Virus record (IMG/VR): IMGVR_UViG_3300047678_000274
Span: 1,091-65,090 of that record
Origin: a virus
Taxonomy: Duplodnaviria; Caudoviricetes
Direction: 5' to 3' (one strand)
DNA length: 64,000 nucleotides
Below the pieces are notes generated by a model that saw only the letters and a program-made list of their open reading frames with translations, was not told where the DNA came from and ran no database searches. Of this stretch, positions 46,813 to 56,911 are shown piece by piece (positions within the stretch are counted from its first letter, which is position 1; every line of letters begins with the position of its first letter). The position numbers and the translations under genes were made by a program.

Positions 46813-47056
46813 GGAGAATATCATGATCACCGAATTTCAAACCGCATACAATGTTGAAACAACTGAACCTCTATCTGGGGATGTTTTTGTTACAAGCGCG
46901 TATCTATACACGTATCCTATCAACATCAATTTGATTGTTCGCCGTAACAGTTCGTTTTCTTCGCCGCCTACTCGCAAGAATTAAGTCTCGTTAATAGAGG
47001 CAATAAGAACACTTCTCTCAATAAATAATACTTCATCCAGCCAGTAGGATTACCCC

Positions 47057-48226
47057 ATGAAAGACTACCAACGAGTTATCGCAGTCTCACGCTATGCACG
47101 ATGGTTGGAGGATGAGAATAGACGCGAGACTTGGGAAGAGACAGTAAAGAGATACTGTGATTTTGTTATTCCTACTGGCGCAAAGTTTAGCGCCATCCAT
47201 CCAAAAATCTACGATGCGATTGTCAATCTTGAAGTGATGCCTTCGATGCGTGCACTCATGACAGCCGGACCAGCAATGGCCCGTTGTAACGTCGCCGCTT
47301 ACAACTGCTCTTACCTACCTATTGATAATGTGCGTTCGTTCGATGAACTGATGTACATCCTGATGTGCTTCCACCCAGACACACTTGTAACAACAAGAAA
47401 CGGTTCGATTAAAATATCCGAAATTTCTATTGGTGATGAAGTTCTTTCTTTCGATGAACCAAAAAAAGAATTTGTTTGGAAGAGAGTAACAAATGTTATT
47501 AAGACCCCATCAAAAAATATGAAAAAGATGAAAATTACCCTAGAAAATGGAACTGAAGTTCTTTGTACACACAACCATAAATGGTTAACTTCCAACAGAG
47601 GTTGGGTAGAAGCTTCTAAACTTTCTCTTGAGGACGATTTGGTTTCTCCCAAATTCCACATCTATAAAATTAGAAACAAAACAACAAACAAGGTTTACGT
47701 TGGATATACTGGGAAAAAAAATGCGAAGGATAGATTCTCTGAACATCTAAAAGAAGCCTTTTCGGAAACTCCAAGATATAATTCTCATCTATATAAAGCT
47801 ATGAGAAAATATGGAATTGATAGTTGGGATATGACAGTTGTTGATTGTGCTTATTCAATAGAAGAAGCAAGAGAAAAAGAGAAACGGTATATTGTTGAAT
47901 TTGATTCTAAGAAAAACGGATACAACTCAACTGATGGTGGTGAGGGAACTTCCGGATTAAAGTGGACTAATGAACAAAAAGAAAAAGCATCAAAAAACGC
48001 TTATGTTAGAACTGATGAGCATAAAAAAAGACAAAGTCTTGTTCTAAAAAACAACCATTCTAAGATAAACGAGACAAGAAAAACTGAAAAATATAAAGAA
48101 GAACAAAGAAAAAGAAATATTGGTGAAAATAATCCTATGCACGGATATGTTTACTCTACAGAACAACGAGAAGTTAAAAAGAAACAAGCAAGTGAAAGAC
48201 TTCGCGTTAATGGGAGATTTGCGTAA
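47057..48226 (+). CDS. nrdJ: NrdJ N-extein (103 aa) plus split-intein IntN plus fused GIY-YIG endonuclease
   Basis: SRYARW..RRETWEETV, MPSMR, YNCS; CFHPDT.. CTHNHKW intein blocks; HIYKI.N...YVGYT...GYNSTDGGEG. Confidence 0.9.
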   Translation: MKDYQRVIAVSRYARWLEDENRRETWEETVKRYCDFVIPTGAKFSAIHPKIYDAIVNLEVMPSMRALMTAGPAMARCNVAAYNCSYLPIDNVRSFDELMYILMCFHPDTLVTTRNGSIKISEISIGDEVLSFDEPKKEFVWKRVTNVIKTPSKNMKKMKITLENGTEVLCTHNHKWLTSNRGWVEASKLSLEDDLVSPKFHIYKIRNKTTNKVYVGYTGKKNAKDRFSEHLKEAFSETPRYNSHLYKAMRKYGIDSWDMTVVDCAYSIEEAREKEKRYIVEFDSKKNGYNSTDGGEGTSGLKWTNEQKEKASKNAYVRTDEHKKRQSLVLKNNHSKINETRKTEKYKEEQRKRNIGENNPMHGYVYSTEQREVKKKQASERLRVNGRFA

Positions 48227-49893
48227 TGCGTATTTCTAAAATAGAGTTCATTACAGATCAACAAGATTATTATGACATCACAGTCGAAGACACACACAAT
48301 TTCCTTCTTGAAGACGGCACAATTGTGCATAATTGTGGTACGGGTGTTGGTTTCTCAGTTGAACGTATGTACACTGACAAGCTTCCGGTGATTGCGGAAC
48401 ACTTCGAGAAAACAAACACGACAATTATCGTTGGTGACTCTAAGTCTGGATGGGCTCGTGCCTTCAAAGAACTACTGGCGCTTCTTTATGCAGGCCAAAT
48501 CCCAGCACTTGACTACTCAAAGGTTCGTCTCGAGGGTACTCGTCTGAAGACATTCGGCGGACGCGCCTCTGGTCCAGAACCACTTAAGCGTCTCTTCGAA
48601 TACTGCATTGAAGTGTTTAAAGGTGCTGCTGGTCGCCGCCTCCGTCCACTTGAAGTCCACGACATCTGCTGCAAGACAGCGGAAGTAATCGTTGCTGGTG
48701 GCGTTCGTCGCTCAGCCCTTATCTCCCTCTCTGATCTGAATGATCGTGAGATGGCAACCTGCAAGAATGGACAGTGGTGGACGACTCACCCTCATCGCGC
48801 TCTCGCCAACAACTCCGCAGTGTATAATGAGAAGCCAACAGTTGGTCAATTCCTTGATGAATGGAAATCACTTTATGAAAGTAAGTCCGGCGAGCGTGGC
48901 ATCTTCAATCGTCAAGCATCAAATAATCAAGCCCTTCGATCCGGTCGTCGAGACATCGATGGTGTTCACTTCGGGACTAATCCCTGCTCTGAGATCATTC
49001 TTCGTCCGTATCAATTCTGCAATCTTACTGAAGTTGTAGTACGTGCTGAGGATACTCTTGAGACGCTAAAGCAGAAAGTAGAACTGGCCACGATCCTCGG
49101 AACGATCCAGTCAACCTTCACCGACTTCAAGTACCTACGTAAGATCTGGAAAGACAACTGCGAGGAGGAACGTCTGCTTGGTGTGTCGATGACAGGCATC
49201 TTCGACAACCCAAAGGTTGTTGGATGGATGCTTGAGCTCAAGGAGCATGCTGTCAAGGTAAATGCTGAGTGGGCTAAGAAGCTCGGTATTAACCAGTCGG
49301 TAGCTATCACTTGCGTGAAACCATCTGGAACCGTATCACAGCTTGTAGACTCTGCATCTGGTATTCATCCACGTCACTCGGAATACTATCTCCGTTCTAT
49401 CCGTGGTGACAACTTCGATGCAATGACGACATTCATGAAAGCTCAAGGTATTCCGAATGAGCCTGATGTAATGATGCCAAATAAGACCACGGTGTTTTAC
49501 TTCCCACAAAAATCACCAAAGGGCGCTGTTACTCGTCACGATATCACCGCTCTAGAGCACTTAGAAGTCTGGTTAGAAGTGCAGCTTGCGTGGTGTGAAC
49601 ATAAACCATCTGTAACCATTAACGTTGGTGAGGATGAGTGGGTAGACATGGCAGCATTTGTCTACAAGCACTTTGATCAGATTACCGGAGTTGCCTTCCT
49701 GCCTCGTGATGATCACTCTTATCAACAAGCACCTTATCAGGACATCGACAAAGAAACGTATGATAAGTGGGTTTCCAATTCACCTAAATCAATTGACTGG
49801 GATAAACTTCGCGATTTCGAGAAGGAAGACCAGACAACAGGTTCGCAAGAACTAGCCTGCTCGGCCGGGGGCTGTGAGGTTACAAGCATCTAG
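48226..49893 (+). CDS. nrdJ: Split-intein IntC (36 aa) plus class II ribonucleotide reductase C-terminal part
   Basis: YYDITVEDTHNF...IVHN|CGTGVGFS; GTNPCSEI, FCNLTE, CVKPSGT, ACSAGGCEV. Confidence 0.95.
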   Translation: MRISKIEFITDQQDYYDITVEDTHNFLLEDGTIVHNCGTGVGFSVERMYTDKLPVIAEHFEKTNTTIIVGDSKSGWARAFKELLALLYAGQIPALDYSKVRLEGTRLKTFGGRASGPEPLKRLFEYCIEVFKGAAGRRLRPLEVHDICCKTAEVIVAGGVRRSALISLSDLNDREMATCKNGQWWTTHPHRALANNSAVYNEKPTVGQFLDEWKSLYESKSGERGIFNRQASNNQALRSGRRDIDGVHFGTNPCSEIILRPYQFCNLTEVVVRAEDTLETLKQKVELATILGTIQSTFTDFKYLRKIWKDNCEEERLLGVSMTGIFDNPKVVGWMLELKEHAVKVNAEWAKKLGINQSVAITCVKPSGTVSQLVDSASGIHPRHSEYYLRSIRGDNFDAMTTFMKAQGIPNEPDVMMPNKTTVFYFPQKSPKGAVTRHDITALEHLEVWLEVQLAWCEHKPSVTINVGEDEWVDMAAFVYKHFDQITGVAFLPRDDHSYQQAPYQDIDKETYDKWVSNSPKSIDWDKLRDFEKEDQTTGSQELACSAGGCEVTSI

Positions 49894-49902
49894 GAGACTT
49901 CT

Positions 49903-50181
49903 ATGTCGCTGGGGTTAGAGTTAGGTGACTTCATTAGTATATTAAAAGAACCGGATTACGATTTCTGGAACAACACATATGCTACTGAAGAAACAACCGG
50001 AAAAGTGTACAAAGTGCACCAAATATCCCAGAACTTAATTAAGAAAACTTATCGTTTGGCATTAGAAGATATACAAAAGCCTGGTTCCATTGATTATTTT
50101 GAGTTGGTGGAATCGAAAATAAAAATACTTCCAACAACGAAAGATGGTGGCCCATACTCAAAAACCCTAGCAGGTGAGTGA
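49903..50181 (+). CDS. Hypothetical protein
   Basis: RBS AGGAG. Confidence 0.55.
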   Translation: MSLGLELGDFISILKEPDYDFWNNTYATEETTGKVYKVHQISQNLIKKTYRLALEDIQKPGSIDYFELVESKIKILPTTKDGGPYSKTLAGE

Positions 50182-50256
50182 GGCTAAAGATATGCGTGTC
50201 ATAAATATGTTTATTGATAATTTGAAAAGACACCAATAAACAAAAGGGGAATACGC

Positions 50257-51099
50257 GTGGGACACAATAAGCATTTCGGACATCTCCGTGGAGGAGACAA
50301 AAAGGTTTCTTCTGCACAAGTATCAGTTGAAGCAAAACAACTCTCAAAATCACTCATCGAACAACTACAAGAAATTCTAAACGAAACAGATTCTGACATT
50401 GCTGCGTTTAGTGCAGAAATTTCAGAAACAGAATCAGACTTCGCAGCTATCAAAGCAGAATTTGATGGTGAGCTTGCTGTTCTGAATGCAAAGAAAACAC
50501 AACTATCAGGTAAAGCCGCCCAAGCAGCGGCAGCGATTGCATTCCTTTCGCCACCACCATTAGTTGTTGACGAGGTAATTCCAGTTGAAGATACATCACC
50601 AGTTCCATTACCAGTTGAAGAACCGGTTGTCGTTGAAACGCCTCAAGAACCTGTCCCAGCGCCAACACCGGTCGAAGAAACTCCACCGCCAGTTGAAGTT
50701 GTGGAAACAAGTGAGTCTACACCACCGCCAGTGGTTGAAGAGGCAGCAGTTCCTGTCATTGAAGAGCCGGTTCCTACTCCAGTAGAAGACACGGTGGATG
50801 TTAGTCCAGTCATCGACGAAGAACCACCTATGGAAGATGATGACACAGTGGTTATCGAAACTCCTGTCGTAGAAGACTTAGCACCAGTTGTTGACCCAGT
50901 TGAAGCAATCCCAGAACCAGTAGTCGAAACACCAGTCGAACCTGTTCCTGTCGATGCTCCAGAACTAATGGATCCTGTGCCATCACCAATCTTCGATTCC
51001 ATCGTTGTAGAAGAGCCACTAAATATTGGTGAAGTAGTGGTCCCTACAGAAACAGCGGAGCTTTCTATTGAGCTTCCTTTCGGTATTGACAAAGAATAA
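50257..51099 (+). CDS. Coiled-coil plus acidic P/E/V-rich low-complexity protein
   Basis: GTG start; long PVEE/PVVE tract. Confidence 0.7.
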   Translation: MGHNKHFGHLRGGDKKVSSAQVSVEAKQLSKSLIEQLQEILNETDSDIAAFSAEISETESDFAAIKAEFDGELAVLNAKKTQLSGKAAQAAAAIAFLSPPPLVVDEVIPVEDTSPVPLPVEEPVVVETPQEPVPAPTPVEETPPPVEVVETSESTPPPVVEEAAVPVIEEPVPTPVEDTVDVSPVIDEEPPMEDDDTVVIETPVVEDLAPVVDPVEAIPEPVVETPVEPVPVDAPELMDPVPSPIFDSIVVEEPLNIGEVVVPTETAELSIELPFGIDKE

Positions 51100-51112
51100 A
51101 AGGAAGTAGAAA

Positions 51113-52084
51113 ATGAGACTTTTAGAAGACTTACATGGAATCGTCAGTGGCATCGCCCATGAACGTACCCGTTTAGAGAAACGCCTCAATGATCTTCAGG
51201 AAAAACTGAAGAATAATGAGACGTCATATTTTGCGGATAAAGAACGTATCAACAAAGACATTAAAGACGTTCAAGAGCATCTTACCGCTCTTTCTTATAA
51301 GGTCTCAGAATCTGACAATGTGATCAAGTTCATGACTGGTAAGCTTGAAGCCAAGCCGCCAGAGATTGTGGAAGTGATTAAAGAAGTTCGTGTTGATGTT
51401 CCTTTCGAAGTTGAAAAAATCGTTGAAGTTATGGTTCCAGGGCCTGAGCGTATCGTGGAGGTTGAGAAGGTTGTAGAAGTACCAGGGCCTGAGCGTATCG
51501 TGGAGGTTGAGAAGGTTGTAGAAGTACCAGGGCCAACCATTGAAGTTGTCAAGGAAGTAATTGTTATTGACGAGGCAAAAGTTAAAGAACTCGCAGGAAC
51601 TGTTGCGGTGATGCAATCTACAATCGATGACCTTAATGCAAAACTTACAGCTGCTCTAACACCAGCGCCAGTTCCTGATCCAGTATCCTCTCCTGTCCCA
51701 GTAGAACCAGCGCCTACTCAGGTAGTTGAACCTGCTCCTGCTCCGGAACCTACGCCTGAGCCCACACCAATCCCAGTCGTAGAACCTACGCCTGAGCCTG
51801 TTGTTGAGCCAACCCCAGTACCAGTAGCCGAACCAGTACCAACTCCTGTTGAAGAGCCAGCGCCAGTCGTTGTAACTCCAGACCCTGTTGTTGAGACTCC
51901 TGTGATGGATATTCCTGTTGTTGAATCAGTACCAACTCCAATAGTTGAACCAGTAGTAGAACCTGCTCCTGTTCCAGTCGACCCAGTGGCACCTGTTGTT
52001 GACCCTGTAGCAGCACAACCAATCGTAATTGGTGACTTTGATGTGGTCATCGAACCAGTAGCAAACACGACACCAACACCGTAA
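51113..52084 (+). CDS. Coiled-coil plus VEKVVEVP repeats plus P/E/V/T-rich protein
   Basis: 45-bp tandem repeat near 51437-51535; PEPTP repeats; terminator-like hairpin ~52110-52136. Confidence 0.7.
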   Translation: MRLLEDLHGIVSGIAHERTRLEKRLNDLQEKLKNNETSYFADKERINKDIKDVQEHLTALSYKVSESDNVIKFMTGKLEAKPPEIVEVIKEVRVDVPFEVEKIVEVMVPGPERIVEVEKVVEVPGPERIVEVEKVVEVPGPTIEVVKEVIVIDEAKVKELAGTVAVMQSTIDDLNAKLTAALTPAPVPDPVSSPVPVEPAPTQVVEPAPAPEPTPEPTPIPVVEPTPEPVVEPTPVPVAEPVPTPVEEPAPVVVTPDPVVETPVMDIPVVESVPTPIVEPVVEPAPVPVDPVAPVVDPVAAQPIVIGDFDVVIEPVANTTPTP

Positions 52085-52178
52085 TAGCAGCTACAAAAAA
52101 AGAGACTAGGAACGCCCGGTGATTATCCGGGCGTTCACACATTCAAATAAATAGTCCGTAATCGTGTAGGGAACACCC

Positions 52179-53345
52179 ATGTATTCTTTTAAGCAATTTA
52201 TTCGTGAGGGTCTATCGCAATGGCAGAACGAGTTGGCCCAGGTTGCAGCGTCTAAACGCTTAAGATATGTCTTGAAACAGACTGATCATTACTTCGGAAA
52301 GGGTGTGGACGAGAAGAAACTCACAATTGTTGATCCAGGGTCTAAAAAAAGCCCAGTACATCAAGAGGTTGAGCAGCACCTTGGAAGAGAAATTTCACAT
52401 TCTGACTACCATGAGGGATTGACGGCTACAGACCCGAAAAAGCCACAAAATCGCACCAAAGTCGGAAAGCTTATCAAGGATCCAGGGATCCGCGACCGTT
52501 TTAATGCTGATCCAGCCAGAACCCGCGATGGATCCAATTACAAGTACAGCCCGGTGATACAGCACTCAGATGAACACCATGAACTGATTGTTCAACGTGG
52601 AGCACATGTGGCAGGTATGTCTAACTCAGAATCAGCACCAGAACATCCAACCGGACACCCCTGGGCACACCCATCAATCAAGTCTCTATCGCGTAATGGC
52701 GCCGAAGGATCTTGTATGACCCACCCTTCCCATAATGACATTTACCACATGGAAGATGAAGATGAGAAAATGTCACTTGGTATTCTTCACGGTCACGTTA
52801 GACATGGTGGTGTTGTGATGTATGGTCGTAAGAACGGTATCGACAAGTACCGCGAATTCCGTGTACCTTACAAGAACACGCAAGGACATGTGATATTCCA
52901 CAAGAACAATAGCTATGGTGAGCACCACCCAGCCTTTATGGATGCAGCTGAAAAAGAATCAACCAAGATGTCTGGTGAAGCGCATGGTTCAATTCTCTAT
53001 AAGGCTGATCGCTCGAAATTCTATGTTGAAGGTCCAGATACGAAACTGAGACCAGGTTCAACCGATAAGCATCTCGAGAACGCACTCAACCCAAACCACT
53101 CTGCTTTCGAGCATGACATTTCTAATCGCAAAATCCTTGCTCAACACCACGCATCAACAGATAAACACTTCGAACATTTGGCGAAGGATGATAGTTGGGA
53201 AGTTAGACAGGCTTCTCTGGTAAATTATAAGACCCCTATTGAACACATGAAAAGACTCACCAGCGATCATGTTCCTGGAGTTTATCAGACCGCCAAGTTT
53301 TATTTAGCAGGTCTCCACAAAAAACGTAAAGGAACAGAAGAATGA
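52179..53345 (+). CDS. Predicted head-internal His-rich protein with C-terminal helical repeats
   Basis: N-terminus MYSFKQFIRE; AATAAATA promoter; LAKDDSWEVR..N..TP. Confidence 0.65.
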   Translation: MYSFKQFIREGLSQWQNELAQVAASKRLRYVLKQTDHYFGKGVDEKKLTIVDPGSKKSPVHQEVEQHLGREISHSDYHEGLTATDPKKPQNRTKVGKLIKDPGIRDRFNADPARTRDGSNYKYSPVIQHSDEHHELIVQRGAHVAGMSNSESAPEHPTGHPWAHPSIKSLSRNGAEGSCMTHPSHNDIYHMEDEDEKMSLGILHGHVRHGGVVMYGRKNGIDKYREFRVPYKNTQGHVIFHKNNSYGEHHPAFMDAAEKESTKMSGEAHGSILYKADRSKFYVEGPDTKLRPGSTDKHLENALNPNHSAFEHDISNRKILAQHHASTDKHFEHLAKDDSWEVRQASLVNYKTPIEHMKRLTSDHVPGVYQTAKFYLAGLHKKRKGTEE

Positions 53346-53503
53346 AAATGCTACTACTAGCTTTGGCGCTCTTTGCGTCATCTTGCGCGCCGAACACACC
53401 AAGTCCTGTTGGTGAAGACCTTCGCTCAACTGAGCCAGGTGTTCCACCCACAGGCTATGTGCAGTTCTGTCACGACTATCCTGATTCAGAACTCTGTAAG
53501 TAA
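53342..53503 (+). CDS. Small lipoprotein carrying a BTLCP-type N-terminal motif
   Basis: MKMLLLALALFASSC...PPTGYVQFCHDYPDSELCK*; below the ORF-track cut-off. Confidence 0.7.
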   Translation: MKMLLLALALFASSCAPNTPSPVGEDLRSTEPGVPPTGYVQFCHDYPDSELCK

Positions 53504-53513
53504 GGAGACGTAG

Positions 53514-53951
53514 ATGTCACTCGCAATCATCGATGATGTATTCAACACAGTGAGAAATCGCATTAGCTATGAGTCTGATGAACGGGTCTTTGGTAAGGCC
53601 GACTATTGGAAATCATGGAAAGCTGAGATCACCGCTGGTCCTGGAAACTTCAAGGATGACTGCGATGGATTTGCTCTGACTATGGCGGAAATGCTTCTCG
53701 CCAAAGGTATCAAGAAAGAGCACGTGGCTATTTGCTTCTGTGCCATTGTTCAAGAAGGAAAACCTGGTAAAGAATATCACCTGGCCTGCAAAGTTTTCAA
53801 TGAAGACGATGGCTTCTGGTATATAATGGACAATAACGTCAACCGTCCACAGAGACGCAAGAACGCAGGTGGCTATGGTTGGGGATTTGAATGGATCTCT
53901 TGCATGTACGCTGACAAACCCGGCAAAGATAACTGGGTAAAGGATCAATAA
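53514..53951 (+). CDS. Transglutaminase-like cysteine protease (BTLCP/C93-like) catalytic domain
   Basis: I.YESD..VFGKADYW...DDCDGFA...HLAC...IMDN triad. Confidence 0.8.
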   Translation: MSLAIIDDVFNTVRNRISYESDERVFGKADYWKSWKAEITAGPGNFKDDCDGFALTMAEMLLAKGIKKEHVAICFCAIVQEGKPGKEYHLACKVFNEDDGFWYIMDNNVNRPQRRKNAGGYGWGFEWISCMYADKPGKDNWVKDQ

Positions 53952-54346
53952 TGGCTAAAGAGAAATTCAGTAAAGGCTACAAGGTCCGAGTTGTTAAAAC
54001 TGATCTCAATACAATTGAAATTGAGCATGGTAAACATTTGGCAGCACAGTCTGGTTCGAAGCGACTACCTTATGTAGAAATCCATCATGATTCAGATGAA
54101 GATAAATATCATGTAACAGTGTGGGGAAGAGGAAAAGACGGTTCCCCATTAAGTCATGCACACGATCATCCTGATCATGATGAACAAACTATGGACCAAG
54201 GTGAGTTTACTCAGCACGTAGTTAAACTCCACAAAAACCACCCAAAGTTGCAACCGTTTCCAAAGGAAGCGCGCATTAAGACTCATCCAAACGGGTGGGT
54301 AGATTTACATGTCGCACATCCTGAGTATAAGAAAAAGAACCCCTAG
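53951..54346 (+). CDS. His-rich hypothetical protein
   Basis: About 15 His in 131 aa; TAATG coupling. Confidence 0.6.
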   Translation: MAKEKFSKGYKVRVVKTDLNTIEIEHGKHLAAQSGSKRLPYVEIHHDSDEDKYHVTVWGRGKDGSPLSHAHDHPDHDEQTMDQGEFTQHVVKLHKNHPKLQPFPKEARIKTHPNGWVDLHVAHPEYKKKNP

Positions 54347-54361
54347 AGTAGAAGAGAATTA

Positions 54362-55192
54362 TTATGTGGCTGTTTGAATTGATTTGCATTTTTCTAGATG
54401 ATGTTGTTTGATCTGAGAAACAGCAGCTATTTTTCCACAATGCGGACATTGCGCAGTTTTTCTCTTAACACCCTTTGGAGCGCCAAGCTTTTTTGTATTA
54501 ACTCTTCCAAACTTCCATCCATCTTTTTCATGTAGATCTAATTCTTCTTTTTTGACACGTTTGTTTTTACCATCTTTATTCATGAATGATGTGTTAATGG
54601 TAGATTCTACTATTGCTGATGTTTGTTCTTTACTATTGGTTTTTCCAAATCTTGGGTTTTTTTCACCAGTAAACATAACACTGAGTTTTTCTCTTACTTC
54701 TGGTCTTTTTGCTGGATTATTATCACCCATCATCTGTTCGGATTTTATTTTTCTCCATTTGTCATTTTTTCCAACAATCTTATAGGGTCTTTCGTATATT
54801 TTTTCTGTCTCTGATACGAAAAATCTCCCACCTATGTTTGTGTTGTAATATTCGTCTGTTTCCAAAACACGACGTTCCCACTGTTCTCTTTCTTCATTGA
54901 ACGACATAGCTTTCTTGTATCTACAGAACAATAAAATTTCTCTAACGAAATTTTCTTTTCCGAATTTTTCTACGTCTGTTAAGAGTTCTTCTGAAGAAGA
55001 CCAATAATCACGCCAATCACTCTCAAAAGTTTTTCTTCTAGTCGCCTTCTTTAATTTTCTTCTGCTCCAAAAAGATTTTTTTCCGATATATTTTCTATCT
55101 GTGAGCGTGTTTGTTATCAGGTAAATAAAACCCTCATAGTCTTCTATGTCATTGCCTTGAAACAATTCGTTATTGTAAATCCATTCTGTCAT
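54362..55192 (-). mobile_element. Intact GIY-YIG (Seg-like) endonuclease with NUMOD3 repeats
   Basis: GFIYLITN...YIGKK...YYNTNI; GEKNPRFGK; CPHC tail; CATAAATA promoter on minus strand. Confidence 0.88.
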
Positions 55193-55317
55193 AGAAACTC
55201 CTAAATATATGTGTCATTCTTATTTATGGTTGTAAGTATTTCACCAAAAAGGCTTGACAACTGACGTGCATAACCTAAAATACACTATTCCCACCAACAA
55301 TCATAGAAGGAAATTAC

Positions 55318-55751
55318 GTGAATTGGGACAGGTACTCGAACACAAGCACCTAATCATTAGGGCAGAATTGAACAATCCACCAAAAGATCCAGAATCCATA
55401 AAACAGTGGATGGCTCGCCTAGTAGATAGCATTGGTATGAAGATCCTTATGGGCCCATACAGTGTATATTCCCCGATGGTTGGAAATCAAGGACTCACAG
55501 CAGTCACAATCATTGAAACAAGTCACATCGCGATGCATGTCTGGGATGAATGCACTCCCGCGTTGTGTGAACTCGACGTATATACTTGTTCAAAACTTGA
55601 TCCTAAATCTGTGTTTGATGCAATATCTGAGTTTGAACCAATGAAAGTTGAATACAAACTAATTGATCGTGAATATGGTCTTAAGACAATTACCAACGGT
55701 AAACGTACAAAGCTAAAATCACCAAAGAAAAAGCTTGACAAAGCTGCATAA
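55318..55751 (+). CDS. speD: S-adenosylmethionine decarboxylase proenzyme
   Basis: GLTAVTIIETSHIAMHVW...LDVYTC; start uncertain; TTGACA-N16-TAAAAT promoter at 55254. Confidence 0.85.
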
Positions 55752-55768
55752 AAGAGGCAGACTTAATT

Positions 55769-56197
55769 ATGATACTTTTAGTATGTGGTGGTCGGTTCTT
55801 TGGATTGAAAGAGGATGAGCTCCGGTTTGTTCATGATGGAATATACAACACCTTAATTGAACACCAAAGAACCGACAGTAGTCTTAGATATTGGGAACAC
55901 ACTATCCGCTCAGGTGCAGCGCCTGGAGTTGACACTGTGGCATTGGTATTTGCGAAGATCTACAGTGTAGAACCAGACCCGATGCCTGTCACGCAAGAAG
56001 AATACGATAAATATAAGAAAGGCGCTCCGGCAAAACGTAATGAGCGCATGGCTCTAAAGCAGCCAATCCCTGATCTTGTTCTTGCCTTTAATGGCGGCCC
56101 TGGTACACAGGACATGATCAACAAAGCAAACAAATTGAAAATCCCAGTGAAGCGCCTTATCATGGGTAATGAAGACATCACTAAGTTTATGGAGTAA
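55769..56197 (+). CDS. SLOG/YspA-like protein
   Basis: LVCGGR...GAAPGVD...RNERM...VLAFNGGPGTQDM. Confidence 0.8.
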   Translation: MILLVCGGRFFGLKEDELRFVHDGIYNTLIEHQRTDSSLRYWEHTIRSGAAPGVDTVALVFAKIYSVEPDPMPVTQEEYDKYKKGAPAKRNERMALKQPIPDLVLAFNGGPGTQDMINKANKLKIPVKRLIMGNEDITKFME

Positions 56198-56421
56198 TGA
56201 TGAATAAATATACAGTCTGGTCAAAGAACAACTGTTCGTTCTGCCAACAAGCCAAATCCCTTCTTCTTATTAAAGGTTTAGATTTTGAAGTCAAGATGCT
56301 TGATCAGGATTATAGTATGGAGGATTTCGTTAAGAAATTCCCAACCACCAGAACCTTCCCGGCCATTGAGTTTAACGAAGAGTATATTGGTGGATTTCAA
56401 CAATTGAAGGAGTCATTGTAA
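56197..56421 (+). CDS. Glutaredoxin
   Basis: CSFC, RTFPAI, YIGGF. Confidence 0.9.
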   Translation: MMNKYTVWSKNNCSFCQQAKSLLLIKGLDFEVKMLDQDYSMEDFVKKFPTTRTFPAIEFNEEYIGGFQQLKESL

Positions 56422-56690
56422 TGTCAACACCAACTAAACGTGATCGCTATTTGATGAAGCTTGCGCAAGGAGAATGTGAAGTCTACTTCACCAAAGTGGA
56501 TGGGACAACTCGCTATATGCTTTGCACCAACAATCCTGAATTAATCCCAGACGATAAGCTACCGAAGATCGTCGAAGGTAAGGAAAAAAAGATCAACGAA
56601 GAAACAATTGCCTGCTTCGATCTTAAGCTTGGTAAATGGCGTAGTTTCCGGGTTGATTCAATTATTGATTTTGAGCCATCACCATGGTAG
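56421..56690 (+). CDS. WYL_2/Sm-like small protein
   Basis: V.FTKVDGT.R.M.CT...FDL....WRSFR.DS. Confidence 0.8.
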   Translation: MSTPTKRDRYLMKLAQGECEVYFTKVDGTTRYMLCTNNPELIPDDKLPKIVEGKEKKINEETIACFDLKLGKWRSFRVDSIIDFEPSPW

Positions 56691-56911
56691 AGACACAAGA
56701 ATTCCCTATCAGTCAGTTCTACACTAACAAACTCTTCGCGGAGTTGTTCGAGATGCTAGGACTGGCTGTTGTTGATCCAGCCGGTAAATGTGATTATCTA
56801 TTGACGGATGCTGGCGTTGAGTTTTTCTATGAAAATGCTTCCGCAAGTCCAAAGGATGTGATGAACTCCCTTGGTATCGAGCTTCAGAAATTCCGTGAAG
56901 GAATTATATAA
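56684..56911 (+). CDS. Hypothetical protein
   Basis: Coupled ORF. Confidence 0.55.
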   Translation: MVETQEFPISQFYTNKLFAELFEMLGLAVVDPAGKCDYLLTDAGVEFFYENASASPKDVMNSLGIELQKFREGII

